DNA of 64,000 bases from Candidatus Latescibacterota bacterium (GCA_965219385.1 CBDCNM010000001.1:236631-300630), one strand, 5' to 3'. Shown: positions 49,355 to 59,731, counted from the first letter of the stretch. Translations and numbers: made by a program. Notes: generated by a model from the letters alone, not told the origin.

Positions 49355-51430
49355 GTGACAGGGGGTATCACTTACTACTATCTTCTATATCTCAAATTGG
49401 AATTGACCCTCGAACAATGCACCCAGCTGGGGTTGGAAGAATCCGCGGCCGCGGATCTGCTGCCGCGGGTGAATCAATGCCTGGCGTCCCTGCCGGCCCC
49501 CGCCTGCTGGCAGAGGATCTCCCGGGAAATCCTGCGCCCTGATCACCCCTTTTGCCTGCACCGGTTTCTCTACGAAAAGGTGTATGAAACCTGGGACCAG
49601 GACCAGGGCCCTCCCCCGGCCTGGTCGCCCACCCAGGAACAGATCCAGGGCACGAATATCGCCCGCTTGATGAAGTCGTTGAGGCTGAATTCCTACCGGG
49701 ATCTGCACGCCTTTTCAGTGCAGCGGCGCCCCGAGTTCTGGGACCTCATGATTCAAAGACTGGAGATTCCCTTCACAAGGGAGTACACCGAGGTGGTGGA
49801 TCTGGCCGGCGGAGTGGCGGCGCCCCGGTGGCTGGTGGGCGCCCGGTTCAATATCGTGGAGGGGTGTTTCCAGGCTCCGGACAATGCAATCGCGGTGGTC
49901 TTTCAAGCAGAGGGCGGGCCGCTTTCGACCTGGACCTGCAAAACCTTGCGTGGTCTGACGAACCGGGTCGCCAATGGGCTGGTGGAGGCCGGCTTTGGTC
50001 CCGGGGACGCCATTGCCATCGACATGCCCATGACGGCCGAGTCGGTGGCGATCTACCTGGGGATCGTGGCCATGGGGGGCGTGGTGGTGTCCATCGCCGA
50101 TAGTTTTGCGCCGCACGAGATCGCCACCCGGCTGCGGCTGGCAGGGGCAAAGGCCGTCTTCACCCAGGATTGTATCCGCCGCCAGGACCGGCAACTGCCG
50201 CTCTACGACAAGCTCGTCGCCGCCGGTGCGCCCCGGGCGATCGTGCTGCCTGAGGATGCTTCCGGCGTGGGGGTGCGGTTGCGCGCCGGGGATGTGGAAT
50301 GGCGGGACTTCCTCAGCGCCAGAGATGAGTTCACCGCCGTGGTTCGAGGTCCTGCCGACCCGGTGAATATCCTGTTTTCGTCCGGTACCACGGGGGAGCC
50401 CAAGGCCATTCCCTGGACCCAGACCACGCCCATCAAGTGCGCCGTTGACGGGCATTTGCACCACGATATTCAGGCGGGCGAAGTGGTGGCGTGGCCGACC
50501 AACCTGGGGTGGATGATGGGGCCCTGGCTGATCTATGCGAGTCTGGTGAATCGGGCCACCATCGCCCTGTACTACGGTGCGCCCACGGGCAGGGAATTCG
50601 GCCGTTTTGTCCAGGATGCGCGGGTCAATATGCTGGGGGTGGTGCCCAGCCTGGTGCGGGCCTGGAAGGATTCGGGGTGCACCGAGGGGCTGGACTGGAG
50701 CGCGCTCAAGGCCTACAGCTCCACGGGCGAGTGCTCCGAACCGGAGGACATGCTGTACTTGATGGCCCGGGCCGGGTACCGGCCCGTGGTCGAGTACTGC
50801 GGCGGCACCGAGATCGGCGGCGGCTACCTCACCGGGACCCTGGTGCAGCCGGCTGCGCCGGCGACCTTTTCAACCCCGGCTCTGGGGTTGGACCTGGTGA
50901 TCCTCGACGAAGACGGCCATCCTGCCGACAACGGAGAATTATTTCTGCGGCCCCCCTCGATCGGGCTCTCCACGGAGTTGCTCAACCAGGACCACTACCA
51001 GGTCTACTTCGAGGGCACCCCCAGGGTCGGCACCGGGCTCCTGCGGCGCCACGGCGACCAGGTCGAGCGGCTGGGCGGGGGGTACTACCGCGCCCATGGC
51101 CGGGTGGACGACACCATGAACCTGGCGGGGATCAAGGTGAGTTCGGCCGAGATCGAACAGGTCCTCAACCAGGTGGAGGGGGTGTCCGAAACCGCCGCCA
51201 TTGGCGTTGCTCCTCCGGAGGGAGGGCCGAGCCGGCTGGTTATTTACGCCGTGGCGAGGCCGGAGGCGCGGGTGCAAGGGCTGCAAACCGCCATGCAGGA
51301 GGCGATCGGACAGGACCTCAATCCCCTCTTCAAGATTCACGCTGTCGAGATCGTGGATGAATTGCCGCGCACCGCGTCCAACAAGGTCATGCGGCGGGTG
51401 CTGCGGGATCTCTATACGCCTTCCCCGTAA
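49355..51430 (+). CDS. AMP-binding acyl-CoA synthetase (acetate-CoA ligase-like); start codon uncertain
   Basis: ILFSSGTTGEPK, WPTNLGWMMGP, EYCGGTEIG, HGRVDDTMN, LPRTASNKVMRR. Confidence 0.88.
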   Translation: MTGGITYYYLLYLKLELTLEQCTQLGLEESAAADLLPRVNQCLASLPAPACWQRISREILRPDHPFCLHRFLYEKVYETWDQDQGPPPAWSPTQEQIQGTNIARLMKSLRLNSYRDLHAFSVQRRPEFWDLMIQRLEIPFTREYTEVVDLAGGVAAPRWLVGARFNIVEGCFQAPDNAIAVVFQAEGGPLSTWTCKTLRGLTNRVANGLVEAGFGPGDAIAIDMPMTAESVAIYLGIVAMGGVVVSIADSFAPHEIATRLRLAGAKAVFTQDCIRRQDRQLPLYDKLVAAGAPRAIVLPEDASGVGVRLRAGDVEWRDFLSARDEFTAVVRGPADPVNILFSSGTTGEPKAIPWTQTTPIKCAVDGHLHHDIQAGEVVAWPTNLGWMMGPWLIYASLVNRATIALYYGAPTGREFGRFVQDARVNMLGVVPSLVRAWKDSGCTEGLDWSALKAYSSTGECSEPEDMLYLMARAGYRPVVEYCGGTEIGGGYLTGTLVQPAAPATFSTPALGLDLVILDEDGHPADNGELFLRPPSIGLSTELLNQDHYQVYFEGTPRVGTGLLRRHGDQVERLGGGYYRAHGRVDDTMNLAGIKVSSAEIEQVLNQVEGVSETAAIGVAPPEGGPSRLVIYAVARPEARVQGLQTAMQEAIGQDLNPLFKIHAVEIVDELPRTASNKVMRRVLRDLYTPSP

Positions 51431-53454
51431 CAGTAGAGCCGGCCGTCCCAGGTGCCCACGCACAGCCCCTTGTCCAGGGCGCAGGGTGCGGCCGTGATCG
51501 AGGCGCCGAATCCGGTCTGGCCGAGGCCGGTGCCGCTCTCCGGATCCAGGACGTAGAGTACCCCATCGTTGCCGCCGGCCAGGATCTTGTCCCGCCAAAC
51601 CACGGGTGGGGCCAGCACCGAGCTTTTCGCCCGGCTGTAGGGCGTGGCGTCGAGCAGGTCCTGCCCGGTCTGGAAGCGCCAGCACTCCTGGCCGGTGTGC
51701 AGGTCGTGGCAGCGGATATGGCCGGTGGGAGTAGTGCAGTAGAACCGGTCCCCCGCCGCCGTCAGGCCGCTGGGCCCTTCTTCCTCCTGCTGGTCGCGCT
51801 GCCAGAGGACTTCTCCGGAGGCGGGGTTTAGAGCCACGAGTTGATGGCGGTTGCCACCGCTGACGAGGATGTCTCCGGCCAGGGCGGGGCGTCCCCAGCC
51901 GTAGTTCACCTCTGCTGCGTGGGTCCAGGCGATTGCCCCGGTCTTCCGGTCCAGGGCCACCAGACCGCGGCCCGGCACCAGGGCGACCAGGAAGGCCCCG
52001 ACCAGGTGGGGGGTGGCAAAGCAGGCGTGGTAATCATTGGCTTCGAGCGGGGTGTACCAGCGCGTTTCCCCGGTTTCCAGGTCAAAGGCGCCGTAGCCCA
52101 TTTTGGCGCCGGCGTACACCGCCTCCTCGTCCAGGACCGGGGCCGTGTAGATCCAGCGCTCGGGGTAGTGGGGCAATTCCCGCTGCCAGCGGAGCGCGCC
52201 GGAAGCCGCCTCGAGCACATAGAGGCGGCCCGGGGCGGAAAGCACGGCGCAATAGCCCCGCGTCCCCGCGGCGACTTTGTTCTTGATGGCTTCGGCCGTG
52301 GCGAATTCCCACTGCATTGCGCCGCTGGCCGCGTCCAGGCAACGGATGCCGGGTCCCTGGCGCAGGTTTTCGTCCCGCAGGCTCAGCAGGATGCGATCCT
52401 GCCAGCGCAGGGGGGCGGCCCGGTGCAAATCGCCGGGGACCCGATGCTCCCACAGCAGCGCCAGTTCCCCATTGCCGGTGGAGATGCTCCGGGGCGAATG
52501 CGGCTGGATCCTCGCAGTCTGGTGGGCCCGGAGTTCTATGCCGATCTTCTGTCCGGCAAGATCCAGGATCCGGTAGCCCGCGGGCGAGGTATCGATGCCG
52601 CCGAAGCACAGTGGCGCCGTACCCAGCACGGCTGTGCCGTTGTAGCTATAGGCCTTGTTGGCGTGGAGGTGGCCGTAGAGGATGGCCCGCACGCCCTGGG
52701 CGCTCATGGCTTTGACGAACTCCGTGGCAGGCGGGGCGTGTACTACCACGATACTGGGCCGGCCGGCCGGTTGCATCTCCAGGTCCGCCTGCAACCAGGC
52801 GGCCTTGCGCGCCCGGTCGGCCGCGGAAAAGTACAGGTCCATATCCGCGTAGAGGACGAAGTGGTAGTCGCCCCAGTCAAAGCTGTAGTAAGCCGGTCCC
52901 AGCACCTGGCCGAAATTTCCGCTACAGGTGCGGTCTTCTTCCGGGTGGGCGCGGCGGAGTTCGCCGCCGTCGTGGTTGCCGAACAGGGCAAATAGGGGAG
53001 TGTCGATATCTTCTACGGCCTGGCAGTAAAGCCGCAGTTCTTTCAGGGTTCCCCTGTTGGTCAGGTCGCCGCTGTGGACGATGAACCCCGGCCGGGTTTG
53101 TGCGATCAGATCCTGGAGATCCTGGCGCAGCACCTCCACGGGGGTATGCTCTTCCACGTGGGTATCGGTGATCTGCACCAGGCGGAAGCGGTTTTCCGCC
53201 CGCTCGGGAGCGGCTATCAGGTCGAAGTTGATTGCGTCCTCGCGCTCGGGTACTGTCCTGAAGAAGGGGCCGTCGGTGCGGAAACCTGCCGGCTGGCTCA
53301 CCCAGACAAAGGGGTGGGAATCAGGATCTGCCTGGAGTTCGTAGGTGCCGTCGGAGGCGGTGCGCGCCACCTGCTGGCCGTTGGATACCAGTACCTGTGG
53401 CAGGCCCTGAAAGGTCGTCTTGGCCCGTACTTTGCCGCGGATCGTCAAATGCAT
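51412..53454 (-). CDS. Calcineurin-like metallophosphoesterase fused to a PQQ-like beta-propeller
   Basis: ITDTH, SGDLT, GNHD, VVVH, GHLH motifs; repeated D..SG...W propeller motifs in the C-terminal half. Confidence 0.85.
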   Translation of the reverse strand: MHLTIRGKVRAKTTFQGLPQVLVSNGQQVARTASDGTYELQADPDSHPFVWVSQPAGFRTDGPFFRTVPEREDAINFDLIAAPERAENRFRLVQITDTHVEEHTPVEVLRQDLQDLIAQTRPGFIVHSGDLTNRGTLKELRLYCQAVEDIDTPLFALFGNHDGGELRRAHPEEDRTCSGNFGQVLGPAYYSFDWGDYHFVLYADMDLYFSAADRARKAAWLQADLEMQPAGRPSIVVVHAPPATEFVKAMSAQGVRAILYGHLHANKAYSYNGTAVLGTAPLCFGGIDTSPAGYRILDLAGQKIGIELRAHQTARIQPHSPRSISTGNGELALLWEHRVPGDLHRAAPLRWQDRILLSLRDENLRQGPGIRCLDAASGAMQWEFATAEAIKNKVAAGTRGYCAVLSAPGRLYVLEAASGALRWQRELPHYPERWIYTAPVLDEEAVYAGAKMGYGAFDLETGETRWYTPLEANDYHACFATPHLVGAFLVALVPGRGLVALDRKTGAIAWTHAAEVNYGWGRPALAGDILVSGGNRHQLVALNPASGEVLWQRDQQEEEGPSGLTAAGDRFYCTTPTGHIRCHDLHTGQECWRFQTGQDLLDATPYSRAKSSVLAPPVVWRDKILAGGNDGVLYVLDPESGTGLGQTGFGASITAAPCALDKGLCVGTWDGRLYCYGEGV

Positions 53455-53611
53455 GGATCACTCCTTTGTTGGCACACCCGTCCCCTCTGGACTGAGGATC
53501 GGTGATTTAGAATCTGGTCGTGGAAATGTAATTCTGAGATTGACCCGCCTGGTTGAGACTGCGATGAATGCCCGGCCGCTCTTCAACGTTCGGAGGGCTG
53601 GCCGGGCCCGG

Positions 53612-54394
53612 CTACCCGTTCGGGGTGCGCAGCAGGGCGCGCTGCTCCTCGCTCATATCCTGCATGCCGTCCGGCAATGCGGCCTGGTGGTACCCGGGCG
53701 CCTGGGCCTGGAAACCGGGGCTGTACTTGTAGATCAGGGTGCGGCGCTGGTGCGCGCCCTGCCATACCAGGGTGCCGTGAGTCAGGGCCTCGGTGAAGAG
53801 GACCACATCTCCGGCCCGGGTGTGGACCTCCATTACGTACTCCTGGTAACCCTCGTAGAACGAGAGGCTTTGCGGCATGGGGAAGTTGGACTTGTGGGAA
53901 TTGGGGACAAAGGCCAGGCCGCCGTCGCCCGGGCCCTCGTCGGCCAGCTGGAACTCCACCACGGTCAGGCCGCAGTACATCTTGTCGTACTGCCACATGT
54001 AGGTCTGCGAGAAATCCTGGCGCTCGACGGCCCCCCCGTGCAGAAGGTGGCCGCCGTTGTCCTTGTCCATGGCGATCAGCAAGGGGCCGTGGTCCAGGCG
54101 AAAGCCGCTGCCCAGGAGTTCGGTGAGGTAGGGCTTGAGGCGCGGGTGTACCAGCAGGTCGCGGAAGGGTTCGCACCAGGGCCGCGCCCATTCCATCATG
54201 TCCTTCATCCACTTCTGTTTGGCGGTGCCGCCCAGGACCTTGGACTCGCCTTCGAGTACGCGCTCGGTCTCGAAAAACAAATCGCGGTGGTGGTCGATGG
54301 CCTGGTTGCAGCGCGCCACTTCTTCCGGGGTGAGCACGTTTTTGAGGATGAGGAATCCCTTCAGGTCGAAAAAGAATTTTTCGTCGTCGTTCAT
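53612..54394 (-). CDS. PhyH-family dioxygenase
   Basis: FFFDLKGFLIL, LHGG, DGGLAFVPNSHK, EALTHGT...RR. Confidence 0.85.
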   Translation of the reverse strand: MNDDEKFFFDLKGFLILKNVLTPEEVARCNQAIDHHRDLFFETERVLEGESKVLGGTAKQKWMKDMMEWARPWCEPFRDLLVHPRLKPYLTELLGSGFRLDHGPLLIAMDKDNGGHLLHGGAVERQDFSQTYMWQYDKMYCGLTVVEFQLADEGPGDGGLAFVPNSHKSNFPMPQSLSFYEGYQEYVMEVHTRAGDVVLFTEALTHGTLVWQGAHQRRTLIYKYSPGFQAQAPGYHQAALPDGMQDMSEEQRALLRTPNG

Positions 54395-54396
54395 TC

Positions 54397-55179
54397 CTAG
54401 TGTTCCTGCGCGGGTTTGAGAAGGGCCTGCTGTTCTTCGGTCATGTCCTCCACGTAGTCGGGAAAGCTAGCCTGGTAAAACAGGGTGCTGGCCTGGTAGC
54501 TCGGTCTGTAGGGGTAGATCAGGGCGCGACGCTGGTGCGCGCCCTGCCATTGCAGGGTGCCGTGGATGGTGGGTTCGGCAAAGAGAACCGCATCGCCGGC
54601 CCGGACGTGGACTTCGACCACTTCGTCCTGGTGGGCTTCGTAGTAGCGCAGACTCTCCGGGATGGGGTAATTGGCCTTGTGGCCCCCCGGGACAAGCGTC
54701 AGGCCGCCGTCGCCCGGCCCTTCGTCGGCCAGGGAGAACTCCACCAGGGTCAGGCTGGTGTAGATCTTGCCGAATTTGCACATGTAGAGGTGGGAGAACG
54801 GCTGGCGATCCACCCGACCCCCGTGCAGCAAGTGGCCGGCACAGCCCTGGTCCATGACGATCAGGGCGGGGAAATTGGCCATGCGAAAGCCACCGCCCAG
54901 GAGTCCGGCGAGGTACGGTTTGAGGCGGGGGTGCACCATCAGCTCCCGGAAGGGCTCGCTCCAGGGTTGTTCCCAGTTGATCAGGCCGTGGTGCCACTTC
55001 TGGCGCACCTCGCTGGTCAGGGCCTTTGATTCGCCTTCGAAGCGCCGCTCCGGGATTTCGAGGTGGTGGGCGTTGTGGTCGATGGCCTGGTTGCAGCGGG
55101 CTACGAGCGCTGGGTCGACCATGTCCCTGAGGACCAGGTAGCCTTGCAGGTCGAAGAAATACTTTTCGTCGTCGGTCAT
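54397..55179 (-). CDS. PhyH-family dioxygenase (tandem paralogue)
   Basis: YFFDLQGYLVL, LHGG, DGGLTLVPGGHK, TIHGT...RR; same length (260 aa) as its neighbour. Confidence 0.85.
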   Translation of the reverse strand: MTDDEKYFFDLQGYLVLRDMVDPALVARCNQAIDHNAHHLEIPERRFEGESKALTSEVRQKWHHGLINWEQPWSEPFRELMVHPRLKPYLAGLLGGGFRMANFPALIVMDQGCAGHLLHGGRVDRQPFSHLYMCKFGKIYTSLTLVEFSLADEGPGDGGLTLVPGGHKANYPIPESLRYYEAHQDEVVEVHVRAGDAVLFAEPTIHGTLQWQGAHQRRALIYPYRPSYQASTLFYQASFPDYVEDMTEEQQALLKPAQEH

Positions 55180-55207
55180 CGGAAACCTTCCAGGACCATG
55201 GCCGGGT

Positions 55208-56800
55208 TTACGAACTGCCGGTGTGTTCGTAGGGGCCCAGGTCGGGATCGGTGTTGTGGGCGCCGCGGTAGTAGCTCTTGCCCCTCAGGTACCTGATTTC
55301 CAGCTCCACATCCCGGACGTGGATCGGGGGGGTTATCTCGGGATCGCGGTGGCGCAGGGTCACCTCCACGGTGTTGTGGCCGTCGACGGGCCAGTGGTCC
55401 CTGTCCAGCTTGAAGATGTACCAGTAGCTGGAATGGGACCGGTAGCGCGGCGCCGTCAACATGTAGGTGTGGGCGATCCTGCGCAGGAGGCTTTCGGGTA
55501 GTTCCGTCCCGTTCAGCGCAAAGTCGAAACGGTCCTGCTCGGTGGCGCGCGTGATGCGGAGGCGCAGGATCACTTGGTGCACCCTGCCCGCCTTTTCCCA
55601 GCGGGGCAAATCGTCGCTGATGGGCAGTTCCAGGCGGACGGGCCGGTCCAGCTCCAGGCCGGCCGGCAGCTGCAGGGTCTGTCCGGGATCGGTCACAGGG
55701 TCGGCAGCAGAGCGCCCGGCCGGGGTGGGAATATAGTAGAACTTGTCCCTGACCGCCATGACCTCCGGGTGCGGCAGCTCGCGGAGTTGCTCGTAGAAGT
55801 CCGGGCCGTAGGGCCAGTTGCCGTACCAGTGGACCAGGCCCAGCCCGTCGACCCCTTGGGCCCAGTAGTTGCAGGCGGTGGCGCGGATCATTTCAATAGG
55901 CGCCGTGCCCAGTCTGTCCGAGTCCAGGTTGTTGCGGATGACGCCGTGGATGCGGCAGGCGGATCCCCGGGCGGCCTGGAGTAGGGGGCGGAAATCCGCG
56001 GTCGGATCCACCAGCGACATCAGGCCGAAATTCTCCGCCATCACCACGTCGACGATGCCCTGCCGGATCCATTCCTCCGGGTCCAGCCCGATCGAGCGGC
56101 AGCCCTCCAGGCTGGTGGGCAGGCGCACGGCCAGTTCCCTTTCCGGGCCGCTCTCGCGGACGGCCCGGTGGATGCGGCCGATCCACTCGGTCATGAGGGC
56201 GCGCCCGGTTTCCACCTCGTCGGGACGGAAGAAGAAGCCGCCGGCGTAGTGGTTCAGGTTGAGTTCGAAACCATCGACTGGATAGTTTTGCAACACCTCC
56301 TCAATCAGGGCAAGGCGCTGGTCGCGGACCTGCTCGAGGGCGAAGTCGGCCAGGGACTTGCCCGCAAACCCCGGGTCGATAGAGCCGCGCGCCCCCATGC
56401 TGAGGGGCTGGCCCAGGTCGGCCTGGACCTGGAGAGAGGGGTAGATCAACAGGTCCTTGGCGCGGGCCCGTTCGCAGACGATGCGCAGGGGGTCGTTGCC
56501 CTCGTTGATCAGCTTGGCGGCGTTGCGGTAGGCGCGCTGGAACACGATGTGCTCCCACTGGTTTCCCCCCCCCGGGCGAAATACCCCGGTGGCGGACGCG
56601 TCCGGGCCCCAGCGGTCCCCCACTTTGGTGCCGTGCAGGAAGGCGTTGCCGTACCCGAGGTTGTAGACCAGGGCCTCCACGGGCGTGCCCAGCAATTCGT
56701 CTATGGCCGCCTCGTGTTCTTCCCTTTGTATGGGGGGCTCGTACATGTAGATCAGGGTGTGGCGCGAGTCGTTTTCGAACATTATGCGCGGTTTCGCCAT
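55208..56800 (-). CDS. Glycoside hydrolase-like (GHL10-type) TIM-barrel protein
   Basis: MFENDSRH, DFALEQVRD, YPVDGFELN, YWAQGVDG; similar architecture to 28966-30543. Confidence 0.6.
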   Translation of the reverse strand: MAKPRIMFENDSRHTLIYMYEPPIQREEHEAAIDELLGTPVEALVYNLGYGNAFLHGTKVGDRWGPDASATGVFRPGGGNQWEHIVFQRAYRNAAKLINEGNDPLRIVCERARAKDLLIYPSLQVQADLGQPLSMGARGSIDPGFAGKSLADFALEQVRDQRLALIEEVLQNYPVDGFELNLNHYAGGFFFRPDEVETGRALMTEWIGRIHRAVRESGPERELAVRLPTSLEGCRSIGLDPEEWIRQGIVDVVMAENFGLMSLVDPTADFRPLLQAARGSACRIHGVIRNNLDSDRLGTAPIEMIRATACNYWAQGVDGLGLVHWYGNWPYGPDFYEQLRELPHPEVMAVRDKFYYIPTPAGRSAADPVTDPGQTLQLPAGLELDRPVRLELPISDDLPRWEKAGRVHQVILRLRITRATEQDRFDFALNGTELPESLLRRIAHTYMLTAPRYRSHSSYWYIFKLDRDHWPVDGHNTVEVTLRHRDPEITPPIHVRDVELEIRYLRGKSYYRGAHNTDPDLGPYEHTGSS

Positions 56801-56806
56801 GACCGG

Positions 56807-57895
56807 CTACCCCTTGTATTTGGGAAAGAGCTCGTCTTTCAGGGCCTCCTGGTAGGATTGCGCGCGGCCCGACTGGTCGCCGCCGAGCCAGCGGTAGGTC
56901 CCTGGGTAGAGGGTCAGCGAGCGGTCCTCCAGCGGTAGCTCGAGCGGCACATTGCCCCACAGGGCCGAGTGCTTGGCGGCAATGGCCACTTCGAGGGCCT
57001 GGCGCAAATCGCGTCCGGATATGTAGAGTTCGCCGCCGTTTTCGACCACGTCGAGGAACGACATGATCGAGGTGGCCATGTACGAGAAACGGGGGTACTG
57101 AACCGGGGTGTAGGGCCGCTCCACCTTGAGGCGGGCGCCGCTCTCGTCGAAGCCCTGGTAGATTGCGGGCGGGCCCCAATCCCAGTGCACCAGGGCGTCG
57201 TCGGTCCACACAGCCACCCCGCGACCGGGGGTTGGCTCGCCGAAGACCGGGCAGATCAGGCCGTTGCTCAAGCGGAAGTGGCCGTTGATGATCAGGCCCG
57301 CGTCGCTATTCCCCTGGAGCGCCTCTTCGGGCTCGCCCCAGGCCATGACCTCGGTCACCTCGGCCTGGGCCAGGAGCCGCAGGACCGAGATGTGCTGGCA
57401 GCCGCCGCCCGAGATTTCGCCGCCCCAGCCGTGGACGCTGGCGCCGCGCAACTCGCCGTAGTCGCCCTGGCGCAGCCAGGAGGCGGCCTCCTGGACCTCG
57501 GAGAGGGCGCGCTGGAGGTTGCCCCCGGCAAAGACCACGTTGCGCTTTTCGCACTCGGCGACCATCTCGTCGGCGTCCGCCAGGCGGGCCTCGATGGGCT
57601 TGTCGGTGGAGACGCCTTTGACGCCGGCCTGGGCACTGGCGATGACCGCCTCCTTGATGTACTTGCCCGGCAGCACCACCGCGGCGATATCGGGCACAAT
57701 TTCCCGGTACATGTCCTGGGCGTCCTGGTAGAGGGCCTCGATGCCGAAGCGCTCGCCCACGGCCTTGCGGCGCTCGGGGTTGTACTCGGCGATGGCCACC
57801 AACTCGGTGTTGGGCAGGATCTGGTAGACTTCGGCGTAGTGCTGGCCGAGACGGCCGCAGCCGATGATGCCAACGGTGTACTTTTTTTCAGCCAT
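56807..57895 (-). CDS. Gfo/Idh/MocA oxidoreductase
   Basis: GIIGCGRLG Rossmann motif, STDKP; GAGGAG RBS before MAEKKY. Confidence 0.85.
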   Translation of the reverse strand: MAEKKYTVGIIGCGRLGQHYAEVYQILPNTELVAIAEYNPERRKAVGERFGIEALYQDAQDMYREIVPDIAAVVLPGKYIKEAVIASAQAGVKGVSTDKPIEARLADADEMVAECEKRNVVFAGGNLQRALSEVQEAASWLRQGDYGELRGASVHGWGGEISGGGCQHISVLRLLAQAEVTEVMAWGEPEEALQGNSDAGLIINGHFRLSNGLICPVFGEPTPGRGVAVWTDDALVHWDWGPPAIYQGFDESGARLKVERPYTPVQYPRFSYMATSIMSFLDVVENGGELYISGRDLRQALEVAIAAKHSALWGNVPLELPLEDRSLTLYPGTYRWLGGDQSGRAQSYQEALKDELFPKYKG

Positions 57896-58079
57896 GGAGC
57901 TCTCCTCTTTATGTGAAAAGGGCGGGGCCATTCCACCGCCGGGGTATTAGAATAGGGGTATTAGAATAGGCTTTTACTGCGTCCTCGTCCAGAGTTTTGT
58001 GTGAATGGTATTTGTACTTGGCACCAATCTCTCTATCTTACGCTAGCAACGATTTGAAGACGAACAGATTTCTTCATAG

Positions 58080-58286
58080 CTTCACATCTATCCCTTTGAT
58101 GAAGCGGCTACTCACAAGTATGCCGTCATCCGCTCCCAACTTGAGGGAAGTGGCATCATGATCAGCGAAAGGGATACACAGATTGCCTCCATCGCCATGG
58201 CAAATCAGTTGATCGTTGTTACGCCCAATGTGAAAGAATTTGGTCGCGTTTCCAGGTTAAAAGTCGAGGACTGGGCCATCGAATAA
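58080..58286 (+). pseudogene. vapC: C-terminal remnant of a VapC/PIN toxin
   Basis: Manual translation LHIYPFDEAATHKYAVIRSQLEGSGIMISERDTQIASIAMANQLIVVTPNVKEFGRVSRLKVEDWAIE*; in-frame TAG upstream, no start codon, no vapB. Confidence 0.82.
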
Positions 58287-58297
58287 GGAGCCTCATC

Positions 58298-59731
58298 ATG
58301 CACCTGTCCATCCTTCGATCCGGAGTCCTCCTAACCCTGGCGGCGCTTGGGGTTGCGGCGGCAACGGCTCAACCCGAGTTCCCCTTTGCCGTCGGCGTCG
58401 ACCGCACCGGCTGGGCGCAGGCGCAGAGCAAGGCCGACGGCCAGGTGCTGATCGAGTCGCCGGAGTATCCCCGCGGCCTGTGGCTGGACCTCGTGGATGA
58501 GTCGGGGCAGGGGCTGGCCGGCCTTCAGGTCGACTACCAAGGCCGGCCCGACAGCCTCGTGGCTATTCGCGGCGTCGATCCGGCCGGCCTGCACCGGGAA
58601 ACCCTGCTCTGGACCCGGCCCGCGGGCGACCCCCTGCGCCTGGCGCTCAAGCCTGGTGAGCCCGCCGACCTGCCGGCAGGGCTGGTTCCCATCGACTGGC
58701 AGATCGACCCGGCCGCTGAAGAGCTGCTTGAGCCGGTGGAGGAAACCCGGCTGAGCGGCTGGGAGGCGGTGGCGGCCTTTCTGCGGGAACGCTGGCAGGG
58801 CCAAGCCGGGCGCGTGGCGGTGCAGCTCGATGCCAGTGCCTCCTTAGCGGTTGAATTGGACCATCCTGAGGCTTTGGAGACGCTGGTGGCTCACCTGCAA
58901 CAGTTGCATCAGTCAGCAGGAGCCTCGCTTGGAGAAACCACCCCCCTCGAAGTACAGGTATTTGAAGGGAGTTTTGCTCTCCGGGAAGGCGTGATCCTCT
59001 ATACCTTTTTCTTTGAGGACTCGAATCTGGAGACGGCGGTGCGGCAGACGCTGGGCCGACCACAAGGCCCTATTACGCGGCAGGAAGTCGCTTCCCTGAC
59101 CGAGCTCTCGGCCAGCCATAAGGCCATTCATAGTTTGGCGGGCCTCGAATACTTTACAGCCCTGCAACGGCTGTATCTGAACCACAACCGGCTTTCGGAT
59201 GTGAGCCCGCTGGCCCACCTGACTAACCTGAGATTCCTGTATCTGAACCACAACCGGCTTTCGGATGTGAGCCCGCTGGCTCACCTGACTAACCTGCAAG
59301 AGCTGTGGTTGAACCACAACCGGCTTTCGGATGTGAGCCCGCTGGCTCACCTGACTAACCTGCAAGAGCTGTGGTTGAACCACAACCGGCTTTCGGATGT
59401 GAGCCCGCTGGCTCACCTGACTAACCTGCAAGAGCTGTGGTTGAACCACAACCGGCTTTCGGATGTGAGCCCGCTGGCCCACCTGACTAACCTGAGATTC
59501 CTGTATCTGGGCCACAACCGGCTTTCGGATGTGAGCCCGCTGGCTCACCTGACTAACCTGAGATTCCTGTGGCTGGATGATAACCAGATCAAAGATATAA
59601 ATCCCCTGGTCGCCAACACCGGCTTAAGTGAAGGCGATTCGGTAAACTTATCTGCCAATCCCCTCAGCGACCAGGCCCTTACCGAGCAGATCCCCGCCCT
59701 CGAAGCAAGGGGTGTCAAAGTCCGCTACTGA
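58298..59731 (+). CDS. Secreted internalin-like LRR protein, copy 1 (7 regular 22-aa LRRs)
   Basis: Signal peptide, about 230-aa N-terminal domain, cap FEDSNLE..VR, LxxLxLxxNxLxDVSPLxxLTN repeats, C-cap NPLSDQALTEQIPALEARGV. Confidence 0.92.
   Translation: MHLSILRSGVLLTLAALGVAAATAQPEFPFAVGVDRTGWAQAQSKADGQVLIESPEYPRGLWLDLVDESGQGLAGLQVDYQGRPDSLVAIRGVDPAGLHRETLLWTRPAGDPLRLALKPGEPADLPAGLVPIDWQIDPAAEELLEPVEETRLSGWEAVAAFLRERWQGQAGRVAVQLDASASLAVELDHPEALETLVAHLQQLHQSAGASLGETTPLEVQVFEGSFALREGVILYTFFFEDSNLETAVRQTLGRPQGPITRQEVASLTELSASHKAIHSLAGLEYFTALQRLYLNHNRLSDVSPLAHLTNLRFLYLNHNRLSDVSPLAHLTNLQELWLNHNRLSDVSPLAHLTNLQELWLNHNRLSDVSPLAHLTNLQELWLNHNRLSDVSPLAHLTNLRFLYLGHNRLSDVSPLAHLTNLRFLWLDDNQIKDINPLVANTGLSEGDSVNLSANPLSDQALTEQIPALEARGVKVRY
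59162..59623 (+). repeat. 66-bp tandem LRR repeat array (7 units)
   Basis: Direct reading; near-identical 66-nt units. Confidence 0.92.
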
